DNA of 61,538 nucleotides from Chara braunii (taxonomy: Eukaryota; Plantae; Charophyceae): assembly GCA_003427395.1 (NCBI GenBank), contig BFEA01000039.1, forward strand, positions 2,292,594 through 2,354,131, given 5' to 3'. The notes beneath the pieces were generated by a model. It searched no databases, was not told the DNA's origin, and was given only the letters and a program-made list of their open reading frames with translations. A program made the position numbers and the translations under genes. The first letter of the stretch is position 1. Every line of letters begins with the position of its first letter. Below, one piece after another: positions 51,283 to 61,538 of the stretch.

Positions 51283-52899
51283 CGCCCAACCTCACCCCCA
51301 GCGCGAGTTCCTGATCGGAGTGGGATGGGGACCCGGAAGTGCGAAAAAGGGGCTGTGTCAAGGATTTTAAGAAAGTGGCGTGGAGTCCCAGGACAAAACT
51401 GAGATCTCCTGTGGCAAGTTTCGGAGGTAAAGTGCAAGAGGGCAAGTGCGGGCTGGGCGCGGTGTTTCAGGTTTTGTGAGCAAATAAACCAGACTGTGTA
51501 AAGAAATGAAAGTTGCAGGTGTTGCGCAACATAAGGCAGATGGTATGCATAGTGTATCCCACGGATAAGAGTCCCGATGTAATCACGTGGTTAACAGATC
51601 TAGACACTCTCTCAATCTTCGAAAAGAATCCCCCACAACGTTGCCCCTTTCATCGACCTCAAGCACGTTTCATATACCTTAGGCCTGAGAGATGGGAATC
51701 ACCATCTCCTCTGGTTTCGCCTTTGCGGTCGGTCGTGGACCTGATGGACAGGGTGCACGCTATGGGTATCGCGCTGTCTGATCAACTGCTGTCATCGATC
51801 GCTGCAAACTTCGGAATCAGACGACGAGGGTCTCAGTCGGAGGTTGCGTGCCCGTCGTCCAGATTCCATCCGGGTTCGGCGGATGAACCCCGAGGCTCGG
51901 TACTTGCTGTCTCGCTGGCACTCAGAACAAAGGGTTCGAGGCCAGTAGGGAGCAATAACGTGTCACGGGATAACGGTGAGGTAGTGGAAGGGAAGCACCA
52001 CTCGGTACGGTGGACAGTGAGTTACTAGGACGACGACCCCAGGTTCGGAGAAGACGTGGTTCGTGTGGGACTCGGGGAATTGGGCGGTGTAAGGAACAGC
52101 GTCCAATGCCCTTCCTATATCCCAATCACACACACGTTCGTCTCCTCGCTGTTAAGGGAATCTCGGAGGATCGGGGCGGGGCTGAGCGAGGAAGTACGTG
52201 TTCTTTCATTCCCAATATTTTCGATATTCGGGGTCCCGCAAACTTTCTCGGTCCGTGATGCGAAACATCCTGTCAATCCGACGTAAACGCCGTCATGGCC
52301 CGTGCGCAGATCTTGCATGCACGCGTGTAGGCACCGTCCCGTCCAGGCAAGTTTACACGTGCATGCCCAGGATCTGTTGACGGCTATATGAGGGGCTGGC
52401 TCCCGATTAGTAGGAGTGGGCGTAAGCAATGGTCGATCAGAAGATACGATCCCGGTTAGCTTAATTTAAATTTCGTCAATTTTTAGTACCCATCATCATT
52501 GCCCTCCCCTTTCCTAAGGCCCATGTATCCGCGCGCCACCCCTCAGCCCCTCCCGAATAGTCAATCGTGAACAACCGATCACGGGTCCGTTGAATCACAA
52601 CTCCCGCTCACACATATCTGCTCTACCGTTACGCCCCAAGTTCTCACCCGTGCATTCATCAAAGCAACAAATTGTCATCAGACTCGTTCATGTTTAGCGA
52701 CAGTGAGGAATCAACAAGCATGCGCATCTTAGATCGGAAGGAAAGACAACATACATTCAAACAGAAACCACCGACCTTGCAAGAAATTGAGAATGGCAAT
52801 TACGCCGCAAACGGAGAGTGAGGAAGTACAAGCATCCATCGGATTGTCAAACATGCAAGATCTAATAAAGCCGAGAATAAATGATGACGCACACCGAAA

Positions 52900-53960
52900 T
52901 TCCAGATAATTCACAAGGAAAATCCGAAGTTGCCGCAACAAAATTGGCCAAGACGAAAATCCAAAATTTATACAAGAAGGTTGGAAGAAGAAGAAACAAA
53001 AGGAAAAGACACCATCCCGATCCGTCTCCTCTCCTCTCTCTCTCTCTCTTTCCACGTCACCTCCGATGCGGGAAGTCCGTCGCCGCGCACCAACACCGAG
53101 TCGTCACCCCGCTTAGACCAAGCAGGCCCGTCAAGTTCGCCCGTGCGCCACAGTCTGTCGTGGCGCGCACCTCAACCCCGCTTACTTGGCATCAGCCCGT
53201 CGGATCGCCCGACCCAATCTACTCACCTGCAACTTACTCGTTAGCCGATCCTCACTGACCACGCTAACCTTCCAAGTTCAGAGAGAGCAACTAATCGCGC
53301 TTTGGAAAATTTATAGCATGCCTGCGTGCGAGATGGATTCGGGATTATGCCTAAGCAAAGGAAGAGAGGAAGTGCCTACGTCTGCATGTCCAGGTCGTGG
53401 CGTAGGGGACGGAGCCACTCTCCGCTCATCGATTTGGGCGTGCAAACGTGGGAACCGCTTAGAACAAAGGAAGAAAGTGTGCATGCGAAGACGAGGCAGG
53501 AAAGAAGGAAACACAAAGGTCATCAAGAACAAGAAGATTACAGTTGCGATTGCGCCCGCCAAAAGCTACAGTTACACACAGGATTGAGGAGCGGATGAAA
53601 ATCAGAGCCCAGACCCTGTCGAGGCACGACGAGTGCGAGCAAGAAGCGCCGTGCAGCCAAATGGCAAGGTGCCTAAATTCCTAGTCTAAATCCTAATTGC
53701 AAAAAGGAAATTCCGAAAGAAAAACAATCTCGAGAGCCTACGAGGGCTTGACATTAGTTCGAATTTTAAAAACAAAAATTCTTGCACGCTAATCGCACCA
53801 AAATTCCTAGTGCTCAAAGCAGAACAAGAAAGGAGTTATGGCAACCGTTATTTCTCGCGCTCGCTAAGGCACGGTCACTCAATCATTGGTGCGGGACTTT
53901 CCCAACACTGGCCCAACGAATTCCAACAAAACGAAAAAGAAACAAGGACATCCATGCAAC
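52900..53960 (+). repeat. Unidentified interspersed repeat, copy A
   Basis: Diverged inverted homologue of 59090-60340 (e.g. cagcccgtcggatcgccc, gagaggaagtgcctacg, aagattacagtt). Confidence 0.75.
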
Positions 53961-54199
53961 TTGTCCTAAACGATCCCTGCTTACGCCCCTCGCCCATCAA
54001 AGCCCTCCTGTTTCCCCACAACAACTTCATGCAGGAAGTTGTGCGGTTACAGACCCTAGTAGACAAACATTACTCTCCATATTTCTTCAAAAAATTCAAA
54101 CTGTACCCACACTCATTAACCGTGCAGGTCCGCCATAGAAATCATAGTACATATATCGAGATCCTTCAAGTTATGGAACAAGATACCCACCTCCCCTCT

Positions 54200-56658
54200 G
54201 GTACCACGTGCGGGTGACCAAAATGGGGGCCCATTCCACCAGTTGCTCCCTTTGACTCGCTTTTCGTCCAATTTGGTTTCTTGAAGACACATTATGCGTA
54301 TTTTCTTTTTGTGCATCCATGTTTTGAGTCTTTCTTTTTTCTTCTTAGTGCTCGTGTCACATAGACCATAAACATTCCTGGTGTTTATGTTAATTTTGTG
54401 CTTTAGGGGCATTTACCCCTGTGGCACAACCATTTTTTTGGATTCGGTTCACGGACTCCTCCTAGTGCTTGTGTCACATAGACCGCAAACATTCCAGGTG
54501 GTAATGTTAATTTTGTGCTTTAGGGGCATTTACCCCTGTGGCACAACCATTTTTTTGGATTCGGTTCACGATCAATGTCGAACTCTTAGTCTTGGGGTCC
54601 TTCCCTGCGCTTCCCTTGCTTTTATTAACATCGAGTTCCCATGGGAGGCATAAGTAACTGAAAAAGGAGGACCCCAAGAGCATTTCCCTTTAGGATGCAG
54701 TTTGTAGCCATTCCGATATCACAATGACGGGAATCTCTCCTGTAATGTTGATTATAGGCAAGTTCTTATTTATCGGTGACGACAGATGAACCAACGGTAT
54801 CCATGTAAATTCTGCCTCTTCCATAATCGAAATCTAGGCATCATTCACTTTCCCTCTCATGCATGCCACATATAAACGGGCAGCTGGTTCGTTGTTCCTT
54901 TCCACTATATATATGCTCATATTCATATTTGGAATCATTCTAATAGTCAATCTATTATGCACTAAGCCTTTCACCTTACTGGAGATGAACGATTCAGTCA
55001 GACAATCGTTCGTTTCCGGTGGGGTGGACGACAAAGATATTGTCTCAGATTCATTTGTTCTGGTTAGAAAAACCACTTGATTATTTTTTGTCACTGAGAT
55101 CACAGAGACGAAGATTCTAGGAATAACCATCTACTCTTTGGTTAGCGAGCGTATCGGCCTGCTGCGAGCAATGTGGTCGAGTTTTTAAGATAGGTACCTC
55201 CCTTCTCTAGGGACTCCCTGCTTGAATTCCGACTGCAATTGGACTCCTCTTACCTTTTTTTGCTATGTTCCCGTGACCCTGATTGCATCATTATACGAGA
55301 TCTCTTCAGGAGGGATGAGTTGGGGCCTTTTTTAATCGTGGCCATGATGTCCCCCCCCATATCCTCCCAGACTCTGGATGCATCTGCGTCAGTTGGGTCA
55401 ATATTAATTTTGTTCACCGGGCTCTTATGAGCATCCTTCATTACTTTGTCTGAATTTTTCGATTTCTCGGATGATCCCGATATGGATGATGCAGACTTCT
55501 CTTGGCGTGTTTTCTGCCTAGACGATAGCTTGCTTGATTGGGATACTTTCTCTGATTTGCTTGTCGAGCTTTTCTCCTTCACTACTCCGTGCTGGTTCCC
55601 TTTGGTGGGTTTCTTCGGGTCCTTTTTGGTACCCGAGAGTCCCACTGTTGAGCTCTGTGTTGCTCCCCCTACCTTTCCCCCTGCGCGTTTTTTATATCTA
55701 TTCCATCCGGCTGTTGGTACTGTCTGGCCCAGAGGCACGAATCCAGAGAAAGGTGGGAGGGGGAGTGGCTCCTTCGTAGAAGGGTCAATGAAAGGGTCTG
55801 ACTCCATCACCAGACAGCAGGTGTCTGATTTGGTATGGTAGTGCATGCGACATGTGTTGCACCACGGTGTGGCTGTTGATATTACTTCAACATGACACTC
55901 CCCTTTTTGAGGATTCCCATAATTATTTTCTTTTTAACTCGCAGTTCAACCAGTGGATCCAAGTCAAACCGAATGTTGCCTAATTCTGGCTCATCGACAA
56001 ATTCCTCAAACGCGTGAAGCTTAATTACCTTGCCGAAATTGCGTTCCACAACAATATGAAGTGCTGCCATTAATTGCATCGGGACATTCAAACATCAAAT
56101 CCGGAAGATCTTGGGTTCACCCATGCTTTTGAAGAATTTCATTTCACCTAGGTCCATCCAAGATAGGGAGGAAACGTCGTAGGTCTTGCCTTGCAATTCA
56201 ATGGACACTCCCCCGTCTTGTTTCAACCAGTCATCGATCTCCCTAGTACTAGTCACATATGTGGCAAGATTCTTCCCTTCGTTTTGATAATGACCTCGTT
56301 TTGTGTCCAAGTCGATATCCCCGTTGTCGTACAAGGAATTTTCGTAAACCCGTACCGGTTGCTTTTTAATGTCATTCGATAGACTTCCGGCTTCTTGGTG
56401 AAACTGAATGGTGACTGTGTGTTCCCTTAACCATTCAGTTTGAGAGTCAGAGAAATCCTCATCAAGATTTAGGCTAGCAAAATTTTCTCCCAATTGAGTA
56501 GTCTCGATATACAGTCCCGATAGGAGGAGTCCGTCGTGAAAACATGCGTCGAGTAGTTCTTTGATATAAGCTTTCTCTTCGTCAGTATAATTTCGTTTTA
56601 TCCTTTGATCTGAAACAGTTTCCCTCACCGCATGTAGGTTGGGAGGGCATGGTTCCAT
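54200..56658 (-). mobile_element. L1/Tx1-like LINE: ORF1 plus the start of the ORF2 APE endonuclease, 3'-truncated
   Basis: ORF1 EWLREHTVTIQF..SWM..NVPMQLM..NIRFDLDP..WCNTCRMHYH..C; ORF2 ININTRNVYGL..IMCLQETKL..RGEVGIL; a roughly 113-bp tandem duplication at the ORF2 start (54350-54570). Confidence 0.8.
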
Positions 56659-57199
56659 AGCTGTTTTCCTTCAATTAGGATTTTACAATTGTATTATACC
56701 GAATTCACGAACAGGTACAGATAGACTTCGATACCAACATACCAATATTTGATTATATGTGAGGCCTCCATAAATATGAGCAAAGTTCAGGGTTCTCACG
56801 CAACACAGATGTGATTGCTTACCCACGGATCTTCCATGCATCTTAGCTATACTTGGGTTGACCGTTCTTCTTCCTTCCGCAACTTCGAATAGGACGGAGC
56901 TCGAAAACTTTGAGCCCCCTAGGAGAAACTTTCGCCCTATTCACGGTTGAACAGTTGCTTCCCTGGAAGAGGTAGCGGTGGAATTCTCCTAACCACCATA
57001 GATTAACTATGAGAGGCGGGAGGCGTCCTAGTTACCTGAGAAATGATGAAACGACGCCGTAGCATGATAATGACAACTTCTTTGAGCAGTGCGTTAGCGC
57101 TGCCAAAATAACGCTCGGAGTTTTCCGTCTCTGTGAGCTAATCAGAGCACCCGGAAACCAATAACACGAAACTTATTAGCTATACATGCTCTTGAATAG

Positions 57200-59050
57200 T
57201 TCGGTTTGTCTCTTAGCAAGACCAGGTTCCTGATCCGGTAGGAAAGGTCGTCATACGTATGCAGACAGACCTCACAAGATACTGCGATCTCCATCCGTCT
57301 TTCTGCGCACCATGTTGCCGTGGGCACACAGCTGTGTAGGTGGAGCCATTGTAGTCCTACCATCTTGATCTCTACTACTCCCAGGATTAAACAGATGTAG
57401 AACTCTACCCAGTTTAGATCTGGTCGTTTAATCTATGGATTGGCAGAGCGTCTTGTCCATGTCTCCCAGATTCCGAATTGCATAGTCGCCGCCTTGGAGT
57501 GGAGTGTAACCCACCTGGTAGGAATATTCTGGGAGTAGTATGAAGGTTACTTCTAAGGATTCAGCTATAAGCTTCCACCCTAGATTTTGTTCGTCCACCT
57601 TCTAGTCGCAGAATGGGGTTCTGTTCCGAGTTGGTTTGAGGGGGGTTCTTCCTTTATGATCTGTTGAAGTCTTGATCTTTACCGCTGAGCAGCTTGTGAG
57701 ATCTGTGATCTGAGTGGTTGGATCCCTACGAGTGAGTATATCCTTGGTGTATTTCCAGGTAGAGACCTCCGCTGCTTCCACACCACTCTTCTTCTCAACT
57801 TGGTAAAATATCTTTGGATCTGTCGAATCTCTCCACCATGAGTTCGAGGGCACCAATCGAGTGCCAGCTGCTAAAATCTAGTACCAGGTGTTCGGTAGGG
57901 TTGCTAGCAGTGACCTCCCGTGTGGCCCCACGTTGCGTTAGCCTCTCAATTTTTCTCTCAAAAATTCTTTTGTGTGCCAATCCGATGCTTGAACGTCCCA
58001 CAGGTGGAACACCTTCCATATCCCTCTCTGTAGCCACTTCGTAGCAAGGTTGCCTGGAGACTTGGCCAGTGAAAAAACGTATCCGGATGTGTCCAATATA
58101 GTCAGGTTTTCGAACAGGGAGGAGGATAGGACTTCAGCAAGAGTAGTAGGAGGTCTTAAGGTGGAAGGGAGAATTTTGGACAACGTCTTAAGGATCGGAC
58201 CCCATGTAGGGGACTTGACTGACTTGACTAGCGGATAGTATAAGAGAGCTTGCCAGACTGCCTCGTAATCAGTGAGTTCCCACTCTTGTGTTAGCGAAGT
58301 CTGGGCCAGCTGCATCCAGGGTTGATACTCGGTAGAGGTTAAAAGTCTCACCGACCATTTGGCGAGGAGGGCCGCATTCTGGGTCTCAAGATCTAGGATC
58401 CCTAGACCCCCGTCTTTCTTTTTCTATGTCAGTTTCCACCATGCCCCTTTACTTATACACGAGGGGGTGTTGGAATCCCCCTTCCATATGAATTTGGTAA
58501 TTAGTTGTTTCATTAGTTTGGCTGAGGAGGCAGATATTTGTCGAAAGGCCAATATGAACTATACAGTAGACAAAATGGAGCAATTGACAACTAGTGCCCT
58601 TCCCATGAGAGAAAGGCACTTCCGGCCCGACCATTTGGCACAGGTGTCTCATATCCTTTCTCAATGACTGATGATTGGACGTTCATGCAGTCTCCGAAGG
58701 AGACCATGATGTCGAGATACCTTTATGAATTCGTTGCGGGGATCATTTTGATTCTGAAGTCTAATGCCAATGGTGAGTTGTCGTTGGTGAGGGCGACAGA
58801 CTTATTCCAACTCACCTTTATCTCTGACGCGTACTCATAAATGGTAATACAGTCGTGGAGCGTGGTTAGTGAGGACCCTGAGTTTTCTGAAATGGTTGAG
58901 AAGTCATCAGGCAGGGGCGACCCTTAAACCTCTAGGTTTGAGAGAACCTTCGGACCTTTGTAGTTTTCGTGTGTTCTAATCATATTCATCAAGACTTCCA
59001 ATTGGATAACAACGAGGAAACGGGCCAACGGGCTGTGACGAACTGCTTTC
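57200..59050 (-). mobile_element. L1/Tx1-like LINE ORF2 remnant (RT C-terminal half and downstream region)
   Basis: AVRHSPLARFLVVIQLEVLMNMIR (degenerate vRQG.PLsP.LF), LPDD, YEYASEIKVSWNKS, KDGGLGILDLETQNAALLAKW. Confidence 0.75.
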
Positions 59051-59089
59051 TGTAAGCGTGCGAGGGAGTTGATCGGGAAGGGCCCGCCC

Positions 59090-59977
59090 AGTTGCATGAA
59101 TGTCCTCGTCTTTTGGAAAAAGGGTGGTCCCACGACGGTTGGTAATTGATCAAGCCTTAGCGAGTGTGTGAAAATAACCATTGCCGTAGCTTCTTTCTTG
59201 TTTTGTTGTGAGGTTGGGGAATTTTGGCGCGATCATCGCATGGGGAAATCTATTTGAATTCTTAATAACTTATGCCGAGCCCACACAGGTTCTCGGAATT
59301 TCTTTTCTCGGAATTTCTTTTTGTTATTAGGACTTAAATTAGGCTAGGAACTTGGGTGCATCGTAATTCTGCCTGCAACTGCACGATCCCTCTTGCTTTG
59401 CGCACTTTGCTGCACCAGGGTCTGTGCTCTGGTTTCTCCGTGCCTTAATCCCGCGTGTAACTGTAACCTTCTTGGCAAGCGCAAATGTAACTGTAATCTT
59501 CTCTTTCTTGATATCTTCGTTGCACCCCTGCGTGAGCATGCTTTTCTTGATCTTATTGGCCTGAACCGTGCATGACTGGATCGATACTTGGAAAGTGGTT
59601 ATGCCCCCCACGCCCCGGCCTGACCATGCAACCGTAGGCACTTCCTCTCTTCTTCTTCCCTCCCACTCAGGCACAATCCCCGTTATCTCGCGTGGATGTT
59701 AATACTATAAATCTCGTAGGCGCGATTAACTCGGTCTCTAATCAACTTTGGAGTTAGCGAGGTAGAGAGGAGCGGCTAATGGGCAGGAGCAAGACGGTGC
59801 GTAGGGAGTTGGGCGATCCGACGGGCTGGTGCTGGGTATGCGGGGTTGACGTGTGGCTGCGAAGGACTGTGTCACACGGACGAACCTGGTTTGCATGTTC
59901 AGACTAAGCGGGTTGACAACTCTATGTGAGTAGTAGGTGGCAAGGTGCGAGGCGACGGACTGCCCACATCAGGGTGG

Positions 59978-60061
<84 letters not shown>

Positions 60062-60151
60062 NNNNNNNNNNNNNNNNNNNNNNNNNNNNNNNNNNNNNNN
60101 NNNNNNNNNNNNNNNNNNNNNNNNNNNNNNNNNNNNNNNNNNNNNNNNNNN

Positions 60152-60223
<72 letters not shown>

Positions 60224-60340
60224 CGAGAACGTTAGGTGTTGGAATGTGGCTTTTCTTCGACTCCTCTGCGTAATTTTGATGCCTAGCGCAAGCCATTTTT
60301 TTGTTCATGGTTATTTCAGGTCTTTCTTTTCTGTGAATTG
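59090..60340 (-). repeat. Unidentified interspersed repeat, copy B, with internal (GA)n and an assembly gap
   Basis: Reverse-complement similarity to 52900-53960, including the position of the (CT)n tract. Confidence 0.75.
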
Positions 60341-61447
60341 ATGAATGATTGAGTCTCTCCCTCCCCCGCCCCTTCCTCCTACTTAGTTGCGGACTCGATT
60401 AGTTGACTTCCTACACTTGATCCATGTACGTTCTCTGGCTAGTTTCCCGAAACGGTATGACGTGAGTAACAGGATGTTTTGATGCATGAGTGCTTGTTGT
60501 TTCCTCGCCTTTGCCCTGTAACATGGATGAGCATGCTGCTTGATTACATGTTGTCTCACACCGAGCCTGCCAGCGACATCTCTGGGCCGACGGGTCGATG
60601 TATATGTGTTGAAGATCGTGAAAATTCCCATCCTGATTATAGGAAGATCTTGCGCACGCTCGGGTACGTCCGACCGATGGAGGTCATCGCGTACACGCGT
60701 GTCTACGAGATCTGCCCCCGATCCGGCTGCTGACCGAGCACCCCAAATGTATGGATTCCCAACCCACCCCGCAACATGAATTTCGAGACTCAACATGTTA
60801 TTCGTTAAAACAGTACATTATTCTGTGTACTATTTAGAAACCAATTCGTTAAGCAGTGAAATATAACCTTCATTATATCGTTAATGACCTCCAACACACC
60901 ACATCGAAGGATGTATCCGAAGTAGAAATGTATTTGGTTTTGGATGCAGGCCCGACATATCCGCCCCACATTGTGCGTATACTCTTTCATCTCTCTCTCT
61001 CTCTCTCTATTGTATTTTGTGACAGATACATCCATATCCATATGGATGTATCCGTCAGATTCTTCTAGAGAGAAATGTTCTTTCATGTATGTCAAGAGCA
61101 CATTTCTCTAATTTAAGCTCTTGCAATTCATGACGGATACATTAGTTACAGATGGACTTCCGCTTTCATATACGACACGCCACAAACGAGAGATAGAGAG
61201 AAAGATTTCACAACTCATCTCCCCATATACGTCTGTGTAGGTACTCATTTGCAGTTAGTGCCGGATACACCGGCTACATATTATTCCACATTCCGGTACA
61301 CATCTTAAAGACAGGCAAACTGGAGAGAGCAGATTCACACAAGACCACGGTTTTCTAAACTCTTTGCAGTTTAAGCCGGATACACCCGCTACATATTCCA
61401 CTGCGTCTTTCTTGCATGACACGACAAGATGGCACGAAACAAAGGAA

Positions 61448-61451
<4 letters not shown>

Positions 61452-61538
<87 letters not shown>
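61452..61538. repeat. (GA)n microsatellite
   Basis: Pure GA run to the window end; similar runs flank most N-gaps. Confidence 0.95.

Overview
This is a gappy, repeat-dominated eukaryotic window with no intact host gene that I can support. The style of its Ty3 and L1 elements and microsatellites suggests a streptophyte alga such as Chara (inference). The most striking feature is a decayed gene at about 3634-6550. It encodes a ParB/Srx-like domain, a helical region and a beta-class (N6A/N4C) DNA amino-methyltransferase. It is bracketed on both sides by arrays of TATAGGCCTATA-core palindromes and lies inside a CA-rich 12.6-kb unit bounded by a perfect 23-bp inverted repeat (305-327 / 12913-12935). 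The middle of the window holds a hammerhead-ribozyme core beside a tRNA-Arg(UCU) fragment, an 8-bp-TSD non-autonomous DNA transposon (19362-21738) carrying a captured YgfZ/COG0354 fragment, a 28S rRNA-like fragment, an RNA polymerase second-subunit fragment and a hairpin-dense 500-bp region. The right half contains three truncated or nested Ty3/gypsy elements, one with a PHD finger fused N-terminally to its integrase, and several L1/Tx1-like LINE remnants between two inverted copies of an unidentified repeat.
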